DNA of 64,000 nucleotides from Bilabrum cf. latius (lineage: Eukaryota): positions 1,302,001-1,366,000 of the forward strand of contig OZ237742.1 in assembly GCA_965178125.1 (NCBI GenBank). Reading direction: 5' to 3'. Of this stretch, positions 26,627 to 39,800 are shown piece after piece. A program made the translations under genes and the position numbers. Position 1 is the stretch's first letter; each line of letters starts with the position of its first letter. Under the pieces are notes generated by a model. That model saw only the letters and a program-made list of their open reading frames with translations, was not told where the DNA came from and ran no database searches.

Positions 26627-27223
26627 CACTAAAAACAAGCGACAATCGGGCTGACTATGCTGCCATTTTGACTTCCATCCGTTGGCAGTCGTCATACCGC
26701 AAGCACAGCAGTGACCGATTCTGAGGGACGCCCGCCCGTCACCGTGCAATGGGGCACAATACTGGAGGGAGTTAACGGCCAGGGCTTGTCCGCCAGCACG
26801 AACGAGTCTACCCCTGAGCCTCCATCCCCGCCGTCACTGCCAGTGGCATCATGATCGCTCTCCCACCACCGCCGCACCAGCTCCCTCACCGTTGTTCCCC
26901 CGATGCCCAGCGACTCCCACTGCGACACCCCGTCCTGGCAGTGCATCCAGCAGCTGTGCAGGAACTGCCCGCCCTGGCCCGAAGGACCGCCTGCCAGGAC
27001 CGTCGAGGTGCCCAGCGCCTGCAGGAATTGGTGCCGCCAGTCCCCGTTAAGTTGGTTGCGCTGCAGTGGGGTGCAGTCCGAGTTGTTCCTCTCGCAGGCG
27101 GCCCATCCCGGGGGCGTGCTGGGCAGCCACGTCGGTGCGAAGATGTTCCCCAGCTGGTACGTGTCGTACCCGCTCTGCAGAGGCAGGGTGGGCGCCTTCG
27201 TGAAGGGCGCCGTGTACTGCGGG
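26224..27223. repeat. ~1 kb diverged direct repeat, copy 1 (JHY 5' end + intergenic + PAE 3' half)
   Basis: Aligns by eye to 54105-55168 with scattered substitutions and indels. Confidence 0.92.
26692..27223 (-). pseudogene. 3' fragment of the pectin acetylesterase gene
   Basis: PQYTAPFTKAP...FLHSCWMHCQ...DKPWP is near-identical to 54691-55168, but lacks the catalytic GCSAGG region and has a deletion at the native stop. Confidence 0.8.
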
Positions 27224-27890
27224 TCCCCAATTTTCCTGCCAGTGGGGCCCAAATACCCGTCATCCTCCGGTGTTCAGAACCATCTGCCAGCAGGTGGGCG
27301 ATCGCCCCGGATGGTAGTTATTCCTCGTCGTCGGCCATATAAGGCGGACGACCTTGGCGCTGTCCGCCGCAGATGGCCGACGACGAGGACCCGGGGCGAG
27401 CGGGGCGGGGGCGATCTTGCAGAGAGCGTCCGCCGCAGATGGGGGCGGGCCACTTGGCGCCGGTCCGCTGCGGGTGGGAGCGCATACCAAGCCGACTGCG
27501 TATGAGTTAGGTGACTGTGCGCTGGGACTGAGTCTGGTACAGCTCGAACGTGGAATGGCCCCGATGCCGGTCAGTGGAGGATCGGAGCCGACCGGAGATT
27601 GAGTGAATGACAGACGAAACAAACGCTATGAAATCAACGCCATGCAATAACAACATACACATTGAGGCCGACGCCTTAGGCCAGGAGTAACCCATTCGTG
27701 TCTCGGCACTGCAGCGCTATCCACCTGACCCGCCCCAAGGTATGCAAAACACCCCTTCAAGCTGGCGGACGTTCCAGAGAGGGCGATCACAGAACGAAAT
27801 CGGTGCGGCTCCGTCCCAGTCGAATGGCCTCGGGTCGAGTCCGCCGCCGTCCATCGGGGAAACGGAGCCTTGAGCCATCTGCCGCGGACG

Positions 27891-30800
27891 TCAGCTCCCA
27901 TCCCCGGCAGTCGGTAGCAAATGTCCGTCCCCACCGGATGGTGTCGGATGGGCTCGCCGCGGACCGGAGCTGACAGCGGGCCTTGCCGGTCCAAAGTGAC
28001 CGAAACTGTTTGACGCAGTTGCCCCCGTCCTTTCTTGCTTGCTCTGCAGTCTACCTGCCGTGAGTGCTGCTGGTCGCGATTCCGACCCGTCACCAGGCTC
28101 CGCAATGTTCGGGATTACCGATGGGCGTGCAGTGCTACTGGACTCAAGCAGCTGCTGCCTCTTGTCCTCCCGCCACACTTGAACACCGGTGTACAGCAAC
28201 ACACCGCCAGCCACGAAGTTCACAGCACACAGTCCCAGAGTCACAATCACGCTCGTGCCCTGCAGACGGGACGACAAAGTGCCCTGACCCCCAGTCCCCA
28301 CTAGAGTGTCCCCATCCATCCCAACCAACGAGCCGTTCCCTCCACCCTGCTCCTGCAGCATTCCACCACCACTGCCGCCATCTCGTTCACCGGTCAGACC
28401 CGCCGACTCCAGCTCGGCCGCCTCAGACAGCGCCATGTCCTCGCTTCGCAGGTACATGACTGAGAGCACCTGGGTCATGGTGAGCGCCAGCAGACACACC
28501 AGCTCTGCACGGTTCAGCAGCAGCTGCTCGTAGGGGTAGTACAGAGCGTGCAGGACGAGCGCACCTACCGAAATGCTGATGGACAGCAGCACGGCATTGT
28601 ATGGCTCCGTGACCAGTGACCCAATGGCCACGATGGCAACCTTTTTTACCATCACAAGTGACTCCCAGGCCTGCATGCTCCGACCAATGTTGTACCCACT
28701 ATAGAGGAACCCATACAGCTCAAAGAAAGCATCGTTGTGCCGCAGAATGTGCGAATCTGTGCGATATAGCAAAGTGCCGACTCCAATAGGCAATCCCAGG
28801 CCAAGGATCAGCAGCACTGCACCTGCCCCTACCTGCAGCCCGACGTGACTCCCTTCGTGGCACTCTATGCGCAGATCGCGCTTGAGGTACACCCTGCCTC
28901 CGATTGCATCTGGCAGGCAGTCAAAGACCGACAAGGCCATGGAAGACACCACTGTATAGGACAGGCACGCCACCAGCACGGCTGTCCCCATGAAGCGAAG
29001 ACCCAACAAGTACTCCAGCAGAGCATCGAGAGGTCCAACTGCACCGCCGCTCATGGTAGTTGGCTGCGATGTCGGCAAAGGTAGGGGATCTCCAACAGCT
29101 TGTAGAGGGTTTTCCATGTTGAAGCCTATTCCAGTATCTCCCGCACGTAAAGTTTGAGGTTGACTCGAAGCTAGAGATTGGCGTATGGAGGTCTGCGTCA
29201 CTGGTACCTTGGCAGTTTGCGCGGCTTCACCACAAAATACGTCGGGTCTGCTAACAACCCGAGGCTATTCAGTAGGCTAGAATGCCGACTTGCTCGAGAG
29301 TGTGGACAGTTTGCGACTAGCACCTCGAGATCTACCACCCGAAAGACCTCTGTCTCGACGCTTGCACCGCTGCGATATGCATGCCGTTGCTGATGAACAG
29401 ATAGACAAGCCTGTGTGTCGCACCTTCACCCCTGCGAATGCCTCTACAAGGAATGCTAGGAGGTTCATCACAATGGCTACCGCACTCACTACCACCGGAA
29501 ATAGAATTGCTGTGTAGAACACCGTGTAGAAGCTCGGACGTACCGCACACTGCAAAGGGCTGCCTGCAAACAGGCTTGATCCTGCTGTCTCGGTCCATCC
29601 CATCAGCATCCGGAACGTCTCTGTCCCCTTGGCTTTGTATAGCCCCAAAGTGCCTAGCGCTGTCACGTAGTTCATGCCGATCCTAAACACCACTCCAATG
29701 CGCTTTGATCGACTCTGTGCCTTAAGCACTGCAACGTAGAAGATACCAACTGCTAGTGCTAGCACACCTAAGCCCACCAAGGCCCAATTACGTGCCAAAG
29801 AACCGCACTCAACGCATTCTCCAGGTGTTGAGCTGGCCCCGAAGCCCTTCTCTTCGTCGCATACAGCACAGAGGGGACCTGAGTGTCCCTCTGCACAGGC
29901 CAGCACCCGTTGGTCTCTGTCAATGACACAAGCCTCTGCGTGAAGGCACTCGTGCACCTCGGACTCGGCCGTGAGCAGCCTTTCTCCGGTACTGGCATTG
30001 ATCATAGGGGATGACCCGTCATCGGGCACCAAGTACCACCCCTTCCTAGGCAGCTGCAGGATTCCACCTGCGCACGACGCGAATCCCAGCTCATTTGGAC
30101 AGGACTTGCACGCCTAGCCGTCGCCCCCGAGAGCGTACGACAGAGGTGGACAGTCCCCGCACCGGACCCCTCCCAACCCCGTAGGCTCGCTGCCTGGTCC
30201 ACATGGCTATACCTTGATGCGACTACGGATCGGTGTTCCCGGCATGCGCACCGACTCGCCACGGAAGCACACCACCTCAATATCGTATGTCATCCCAGCC
30301 CTGCCCAGAGCAGCGATAGCTGGCCACTCCACCAGCCCCCCCCGTGCCACTGCAGAAGGATTGAACAGGAGCACCGAAGGATCGTCCGATAGCAGCCTTG
30401 CCTCGCAGCTCACGTGCACCTCGTCCACGGCCCGCACAGGTGGGTCCACTTCAGCGTGCCCGTCCCAAACCGTGACTATCTCAAGCGCCATTTCGAACGG
30501 TTCCTGGGACTACACCGATACTGGAGGGTTTACAGCCCACCGAGCCACATCACCACGCATCCTGACCTCAGCTCGATGTAGCACTGACTCGCCGCCTTGC
30601 TCCCGGAAGCACTCCATTTCAAGGGCAAGGGCCTGCCCATAGTCCGCCTGCAGCACCAAGCGATCCAGTGGGACCACACCTCCGAGCGATATGATTGCTG
30701 CCCGCTCCAGTGAATCAAGGGCCGCAACCTCTGGAAGCAGCTTGCGTGCTGGCAGACCCGCTGATCCCGTGAGTGTTGCGGCGTGCTAGCTGTCGGGGTC

Positions 30801-33800
30801 CATGCCCAGCTGCTCCATCCGAGCCTAGCGCTGGTCCAGCTGGAGATCCAGTACATCAAGATCCACGGATGGCCTGTAGCCCCCAGCAGGAGGCACCAGC
30901 AAGGCTGCAGTCACCTGCGTGGGATCCTAGCTCCCATCGTGCTCTAGCGGTGGCCTCACCCACGGCCGAGATGCATCGTCAAGGAGACTTGCAGCCTCGT
31001 CCAAGCGCACGATACACTGCGCAGGAACGGGCCTACCTTGTCCGTCTGTATCCTGCAAACCCACAGCCCCGGCAGGTCTGATAGGCAGCGGCTGCTGCGG
31101 CGTGCTGGGCTTGGCCACGGTGCCTGGCGATTGCAAAAAACTCAGTTGAAGCTCAGGCAGTTTCACGTGTAGCTGCGGACTGACGACGATGCGTTCTGAC
31201 AGCTGACACTACACTACCAGCTGTGCCCTTGATCCTCTATCTGCCAGTAGCTGCATGCACAGCGTAGCAATGGAAGCACCGCTTCCACTTGCTTGCACTT
31301 GTGGGCGAGCAAATGTGAAAGCTTCTCCGCCTTTCAGCCTCGCTGCCTCGTTGCCTCCACTCGAACCGGCCACAGATAAGCTGCAGCTAGTTGCAGCAGC
31401 CTCCGTTGGCGACAGCGGCACGAATACCAGACCACCAAATCCATCCACATACGACTTCGTAATGCTCACCGCGACCGGGTGTGTATCGCCATACAGCACC
31501 TTGAGCGGAGAGCTCGCTTGATCATTTCCAGAGACATCTGAGGCCAGCAAGTCCACGGCCTGTTCCACAGCAAGTGGATCAGTTGCCGGGCACTGTACGG
31601 TGGACGAGCTATAAACATCGTTCACGTGCGTCCATTCAAGAGACACGGTGGGCACCTGTATCTGCAGCAAGCTGCCTGTCACGGCACGCGAGTTGCCCTG
31701 TGACACCCTCGGGCCGTCTCGCGATCGCACTGCCCCTCCAGTCAGCCACTGGCATGTGGCATCCACAGTGCTCACGCTGTCGAAGTCAGATGCCACGCCC
31801 AGCGAGTGAGCCTGCGCCACCGCCGGCAGAGCACTCGACGTCGTGCACGCGGCGCCCGAGCGCTGATCCCGCTGCCATGGCTCGGGCACCGGCACGGTGT
31901 ACATGCGGGTCCAGCCCACAAGGTCGCCATTCAAGATAGTCCCGGGATCCGACAGCGAAGATGTCGACACGCGCAAGGCATCGCATCGGAGCCTTGGCGA
32001 GGACTCGCACGTGCTGGCATCGGGCCCGCCCAGCGCCTGCCATCCACCCACAGTCGCCATGGATCGATGCAGCCGCAGCAGCGCGGTCGCGGTCTGGTTG
32101 GCCTCTTGCAGCTGGCCAGCTCGCGCTGATTGCGTCCTGCATCTCAGACTCAGGCTCGCATCCTGGCCGGCCTCAAAGGCGCCAGACTACGGCGCATCCC
32201 ACAGCCCCGGCCACGCATCCGTCAGATTGCACGGCAGCACCATGCTCACCACCACCCGAGGAGCTGGCAGTGCCGGCTGCAGCTCGGCATCGGTCACGCG
32301 CACATCCGGAGCTGACCCGCTCAGGATGTAGTTGCGGCTCACGCTGGGCATGGCGGCAGTCGGCGCCACCGTGTCCACGGACGCCTATTGACCTTCTTGC
32401 TGACCCGCTGCCGTCAGCAGATCATGCGCCGCGGCTCGCCACGCGTCCAGCTCCCCGCCCTCGCCCGTCCACCAGCGCACCGCCATGGGCGGCACCAGCG
32501 CCAGCAGGTCCGATGCCTCACTGGCGTGGGCAGAGTGCATGAAGGTCTCGCCCGTGATCCACGTGGCCTCCACAGACAGGTACGCCGCTCCGCCACGGTG
32601 CATGGCGGTGTCCAGCTGGTCCGCGCGCAGTGTGGCCAGCCCGACACGCTGAAACCTCGCCGCCCATTGCAATGCGCTGCTGCCCAGCCCCCGCACCAGC
32701 GGCCGGCTGTCAGAAGCGTTGGCAAGGACGATGCTGGAGGCCGGCAGCGGGGCGCGGTCGGTCTGGGACTCACGGCCTGCCACGAGGTGGGGCATGATCA
32801 GGCGGCCCGGCCACTGGTGGTCAGATCGTGTCGCTGCTCCGGGGGTCTTGCGCAGATGCAGCTGCACCTTGGCGGCTTGCTCGGAGTCCAGGCGGGAGCT
32901 GCCGCTGCGCTGCATTGTCCCGCGCACCAGCAGTCTGTCGAACGGAGGCACCGCACTCACCGTGGCCACAGGCGCTGGCACCAGCCCCAGCACCTGCCCC
33001 TCGGGCTGCACCTGACCGACGACCTCTCGAGGAGTGGAAGAGGTGTCCTGGTCGAGGCTGTGCGACCAAGGAGCCACAACCACCACAGGCGCCATGGATG
33101 CGTTGCTGGATCTGTGCGCCGCGCCTTGCGCCACTGTGTCGGCGATCTGCGTGGCCATGCTGTCTCGATCCAGGGCCACCGACAGCGGCAGCACGTCTGC
33201 TCGCAGCAGCGGACGCACGGCTGACGGGGCCCGCATCATGCTGTACGTGCCTCCCCATGCGCATCGAGCTCCGAGCACCACCGATGATGACGACGATACG
33301 CCGGCTATGCCCACATGCGGGAACTGGACACGCGCCACCCCACTGCTGGACGACAGGCCCGTGGTGGCGTTGTCCACGGCCCGGAGCTGTGCCTGGGCCT
33401 ACTGCAGCTGGGAGGAGCCCAGGCCCTCCTGATCTGCCCAGGCACCATCGTCGACTTCCGCTTGCAGCGTGGCGGTGGCGGCGTGCAGGCCTGCTCCGGC
33501 CGGCAGCAGACTGCTTGACGGCGCCTCCGCATCGCCTAGATCCTCCCACGCAGGCACGCCGTCCCAGGAGATGTTGCCCACCAGACGGGGAGACTCCAGG
33601 TTGCCCCCTGCAGCCGCACGACCCGCTGCGCCATCCCGCCACGGGGCCCAGGCTTCCAGTGTCAGCGTGCAGCTGATGCTGGTGGCATACTGCAGCAGGT
33701 CCCGAGATCCCACGCCGCTCACCTCCAGCACCACCTCGGGTGCTGGCGTCAGTGGCTGCACGTCGCTGCCGAGACTGGGCAGCGCCGAGGGCCAGTCGGG

Positions 33801-36800
33801 GACGGACTGATCGTCCATGAGTGCGGGGCGAACGAATGGCAGGACGGCAGCAGGAGCAGCATGCAGGGCGCCGATGCCAGCCAGCGAGTCCAGCAAAGGG
33901 GCCAGGGGATGCGGGGGTATCCACGCGGTGATCTGCGATCCTGTGCCGAGGCTCTGCGGCGACCGCCATGGATACAGCCACTGGCTTGGGCTTCTACGAT
34001 GGGGAGGCATGGATTGTGCGACTGCGCGATCGGCTTGGACAGCGCCTGCCGACCCATGCATGGACCATGCGCGCACGGCCCATGCCACAACGGGCACCTG
34101 GATCTGCAGCAAGCTGCCTGTCATGGCACGCGAGTTGACCCGAGACACCCTTGGGCCGTCTCGCGATCGCACTGCCCCTCCAGTCAGCCACTAGCATGTG
34201 GCATCCACAGTGCTCACGCTGTCGAAGTCAGATGCCACGCCCAGCGAGTGGGCCTGCGCCACCGCCGGCAGAGCACTCGACGTCGCGCACGCGGCGCCCG
34301 AGCGCTGATCCCGCTGCCATGGCTCGGGCACCGGCACGGTGTACATGCGGGTCCAGCCCACAAGGTCGCCATTCAAGATGGTCCCCGGATCCGACAGCGA
34401 AGATGTCGACACGCGCAAGGCATCGCATCGGAGCCTCGGCGAGGACTCGCACGTGCTGGCATCGGGCCCGCCCAGCGCTTGCCATCCACCCACAGTCGCC
34501 ATGGATCGATGCAGCCGCAGCAGCGAGGTCGCGGTCTGGTTGGCCTCTTGCAGCTGGCCAGCTCGCGCTGATTGCGTCCTGCATCTCAGACTCAGGCTCG
34601 CATCCTGGCCGGCCTCAAAGGCGCCAGACTACGGCGCATCCCACAGCCCCGGCCATGCATCCGTCAGATTGCACGGCAGCACCATGCTCACCACCACCCG
34701 AGGAGCTGGCAGTGCCGGCTGCAGCTCGGCATCGGTCACACGCACATCCGGGGCTGACCCGCTCAGGATGTAGTTGCGGCTCACGCTGGGCATGGCGGCA
34801 GTCGGCGCGACCGTGTCCACGGACGCCTATTGACCGTCTTGCTGACCCGCTGCCGTCAGCAGATCATGCGCCGCGGCTCGCCACGCGTCCAGCTCCCCGC
34901 CCTCGCCCGTCCACCAGCGCACCGCCATGGGCGGCACCAGCGCCAGCAGGTCCGATGCCTCACTGGCGTGAGCAGAGTGCATGAAGGTCTCGCCCGTGAT
35001 CCACGTGGCCTCCACAGACAGGTACGCCGCTCCGCCACGGTGCATGGCGGTGTCCAGCTGGTCCGCGCGCAGTGTGGCCAGCCCGACACGCTGAAACCTC
35101 GCCGCCCATTGCGATGTGCTGCTGCCCAGCCCCCGCACCAGTGGCCGGCTATCTGAAGCGTTGGCAAGGACGATGCTGGAGGCCGGCAGCGGGGCGCGAT
35201 CGGTCTGCGACTCACGGCCTGCCACGAGGTGGGGCATTATCAGGCGGCCCGGCCACTGGTGGTCAGATCGTGTCGCTGCTCCGGGGGTCTTGCGCAGATG
35301 CAGCTGCACCTTGGCGGCTTGCTCGGAGTCCAGGCGGGAGCTGCCGCTGCGCTGCATGGCCCCGCGCACCAGCAGTCTGTCGAACGGAGGCACCGCACTC
35401 ACCGTGGCCACAGGCGCTGGCACCAGCCCCAGCACCTGTCCCTCGGGCTGCACCTGGCCAAAGACCTCTCGAGGAGTGGAAGAGGTGTCCTGGTCCAGAC
35501 TGTGCGACCAAGGAGCCACGACCACCACGGGTGCCATGGATGCGTTGCTGGATCTGTGCGCCGCGCCTTGCGCCACTGTGTCGGCGATCTGCGTGGCCAT
35601 GCTGTCTCGATCCAGGGCCACCGACAGCGGCAGCACGTCTGCTCGCAGCAGCGGACGCACGGCTGACGGGGCCCGCATCATGCTGTACGTGCCTCCCCAT
35701 GCGCATCGAGCTCCGAGCACCACCGATGATGACGACGATACGCCGGCTATGCCCACATGCGGGAACCGGACACGCGCCACCCCACTGCTGGACGACAGGC
35801 CCGTGGTGGCGTTGTCCACGGCCCGGAGCTGTGCCTGGGCCTACTGCAGCTGGGAGGAGCCCAGGCCCTCCTGATCTACCCAGGCGCCATCGTCGACTTC
35901 CGCTTGCAGCGTGGCGGTGGCGGCGTGCAGGCCTGCTCCGGCCGGCAGCAGACTGCTTGACGGCGCCTCCGCATCGCCTAGATCCTCCCACGCAGGCACG
36001 CCGTCCCACGAGATGTTGCCCACCAGACGGGGAGACTCCAGGTTGCCGCCTGCAGCCGCACGACCCGCTGCGCCATCCCGCCACGGGGCCCAGGCTTCCA
36101 GTGTCAGCGTGCAGCTGATGCTAGTGGCATACTGCAGCAGGTCCCGCGATCTCACGCCACTCACCTCCAGCACCACCTCGGGCGCTGGCGTCAGTGGCTG
36201 CACGTCGCTGCCGAGGCTGGGCAGCGCCGAGGGCCAGTCGGGGATGGATTGGTCGTCCATGAGTGCGGGGCGAACGAATGGCAGGACGGCAGCAGGAGCA
36301 GCATGCAGGGCGCCGATGCCAGCCAGCGAGTCCAGCATGGGGGCCAGGGGATGCGGGGGTATCCACGCGGTGATCTGCGATCCTGTGCCGAGGCTCTGCG
36401 GCGACCGCCACGGATACAGCCACTGGCTTGGGCTTCTACGATGGGGAGGCATGGAGTGCGCGACTGCGCGATCGGCTTGGACCGCGCCTGCCGACCCATG
36501 CATGGACCAAGCGCGCACGGCCCATGCCACCACGGGAGTCCGTACCTCAGCCGCCTCCATATGAGGAAATGCTTGTATGGGATTTGGCCACTCGCATTGC
36601 ATCCCCAGTTGAGCTCGCCAGCCTAATGGCATGGATAAGCCAATCATTGGCATCCTACTGCCGATAGCTTTGTTGGGCTCCATTGCAGGCAAGGTGATGG
36701 ACCCGGCTGTATCTGTCTGGAAGCACGTCCACCCTTCCAAGGCCACAGTTCCTGGCGCAGGTTGGCCAGCTAGCAGATCTGCATCGCTCAACTGTGAATC

Positions 36801-39800
36801 CGGACCGGCGCCAGTAACCACTACTACGCAACTAACGTTGGATCGGTTCACATGCGTGCTGAATTCCATCGAAGGCCCAGCTTCGTCTGAGACCAGTTGC
36901 ACTTGCAAATGTGGCGACATAGACGAACTTCCTGCTCTGTTGATCTAGTGTTGAGACAAGCAAAGGCCGTTCCTATCCAAGGGTGCTAGTTGCTGCTTAC
37001 CCTGTGCAGCGACAGGCAATACTACTGTTGCAGTATGGTTGCCGGGATGCGGATGACCAACGTGCACTCGAGCCCGAATAGACGCAACACGAGCTAGAAC
37101 CACCACAGGCTCCGAGGAGATGCCAAGCAAGCTGGTTGTGCATACCATAGACAGCCGGAGTAAGTCGCCCATTAGCGCTTGCACGCCGTAGGGCAATACT
37201 TGCAGCTGTCCTGTCACGCTCGATGGGGCATACGAACGGCTTGAATCTACTGGCAACACGACTGACCTGGAAGACTCATCATGGCCGTATGTGGCCTGCA
37301 CGCTGCATGCAACCCCGTATCGCTGGCTGTCTTCCCCAGATACAGGCTACTGAAACGCATCTAGAAGCCCCGCCACAAGCAAGGGGTCACTCGTCTCGAT
37401 GCCTGGCAAGAGTGGAGTGGATGCCCGCAGGACACCCTCCGTAGTATCCGCTGTCTCGAGCACGTACTCCACATCTAAACTCCGCAAACCAGATCCAAAC
37501 GGCTTCATCTATCTCCAGATGCTGCCCTACTGACCCATCTCGGTGGTATTGATCCAGCCATGGCCAGCCTCGGTGGCATTGAGGCCAATCCACTCCGCCC
37601 CAAGCCACGCATCAAGCACCGGGGCGCCCAGAAGCGGTGTCCCGAGGGCCTGAGCCCCCATGTCCTACCCAAGAATACAACCCTAGCAAGCCTCAAGCGC
37701 AACCTGCCCGCCAAGACAAGTCCTAGACTCCCATGGTGATATTGACTTGGTATCATTGCCTGGCTGCGCCGCCCAGGCCGCCGATCCACGACACACATTG
37801 GCAGAACCTACGGCTGTCGGTGTCGCCGGAGTTCCAGAGGGGTCTGGATAGAACAACACGCTACCAGCATTGGATACAGCTCCCGTAACCGCAATCCGAC
37901 TTGTTCTCACCTCTTGCACAGTGCTTGCATCCACAGCGAGAGCCCCGCCTCCTTGTGCACTAGTGGATTCTATGAGCACGTCGTGGAGGACTGCGGGCAC
38001 GTAGTCGCTGCTTGATGTGAGCATTCTAGACACAGATACCCCCCCACCTTGCCCTGACATCGTATGTGTCGAGGGTGCTAGATCTGTCTCCTCTTGAATG
38101 GTGCAGTCCTTGATGGCGACGTGCTTCAGCTCCAGCTGCGCCATGCTATCAGCCAGCAGACACCCGCCCCTCGCCCACGGTAGACCCACTACCGCCCCCT
38201 CCGCAAGTGCACACAGACCTCGAGGCAAGCACTGGGAGGTATTGAAGGAGCGTGCGCCTGCCATTGCAACTAGTCCACCTCCTGGCACAATGTGCTGCAG
38301 ATTCAGTGGGGCCAATACCTCGGACTGCATCAGGGCACCAGTGCTGGGTTGCACAATCTCAAAGACTCCATGCTCTGCTTTTGTGGTATTGTACGCTTCC
38401 CCTAGTACTATTCCATCCTGGATAGTTACAGGGGCCACCATGGTAGCAGTGGACTGTTTGCCCGTGTGCATCCATGCGCCGCCCAAGGCACTAGCTCTGC
38501 AGCTCCTCAACAGCGCGTGAGGTCCGATCTGAATCGAGGTGCGGACAGTCGCCAGACAGCCACCGCCGTACTGCCCATCGCCCGGAACAGACACCCTACG
38601 GCTCGCATCAGGCGACATGGCCACACAGTATCGCAACTGAGCCCCGTCGCGAAGCACAGACTACCGACTCTCATCATCTTGCAGCGACAGACACCCGCCT
38701 GTACCATCCCAAGCCACACCTCCCTCCAACAACGAGCCAGCAATCCTCACAGGTGATTGCTTGGCCAGCATGATACCCCCGGATCCACCCGTCATGCCGT
38801 GCATTAGTTGCGAGCCAGGCTAAACCAGGACTTGGACCCCCTGCACAGCAACAAGCCCGCCACCAGACACAAAAGAAGAAAGACTGCCAGGCATAGTCGC
38901 TGCACTGCCCCTCTGAATCACAGAGTTGCCACCAATTATTAGCTTGGCCACCGCAGTAAGGGGCTACAGCTCTTCTATAGGTAGCACGTGCACAGGGCCT
39001 TCAGGTCGAATGGTATCCTGCCAGTGTGCCAACTGCCAGGACTCCTGGTGAGCATCTCTCGACCAAGGGCCTGCAGCTTTCGCCAACAAGCAAGCGAGAC
39101 TAGAGAATGCTTCGCGCCATTCACGAGTTTGTAATTCACCACCAAACGTGGTATTGTCAGCTGGTATAGTGCTGTTTGAACTTTCTTGTGAGCAGTACGA
39201 GTCGATAAGATCTGGAGTACCACCGCACTACTTGCTCATCCTGAACGCCATCGATAGCCCTGTAGCGGCCAGCGATCCCGCTTCGCTGCTTTCCGTAGAT
39301 ATCATATAGTCTATCCACCACGACCCGTTGAAGTATTCCTGACATGCGGCGGTGTTATTGAGGAGCGCCGGCCTCCCCGCACTTGCACGACTGTCTCTGA
39401 GCAAGGCGCCGCCCAGCGACGAAGGAACATGCTACTCCAGCTCAGCCTGTAAAACAGGTGCCTGTGACAAGTTGCACCGATTTTGCCACATCCTATCCAC
39501 AGACGAGTTGGCAACTCTATCCACAAAACACCGCGACGATCGGCGTCTGGGCAAGGAAGTCTACTGTGCAACAGACAAAGCGAGCCTCAGCCTCGTCGCA
39601 TGCTCCTGCACAGGGTCGAGCTACGAGCCCGCTGATGCTGAAGCCGCGTTCCAGTCCACCAGCAGACCAGACTATGCCAGTGTGTCGGCAATTGCAGCGG
39701 ACGGCACCTTACCCATGAAAATGGCACCACCTCGCACTGGCAGGGGCGGTCGCAGCTGCTGGTCGCTTGCGAATAGTCCCACTCCGGTGTCGCTGATTAT

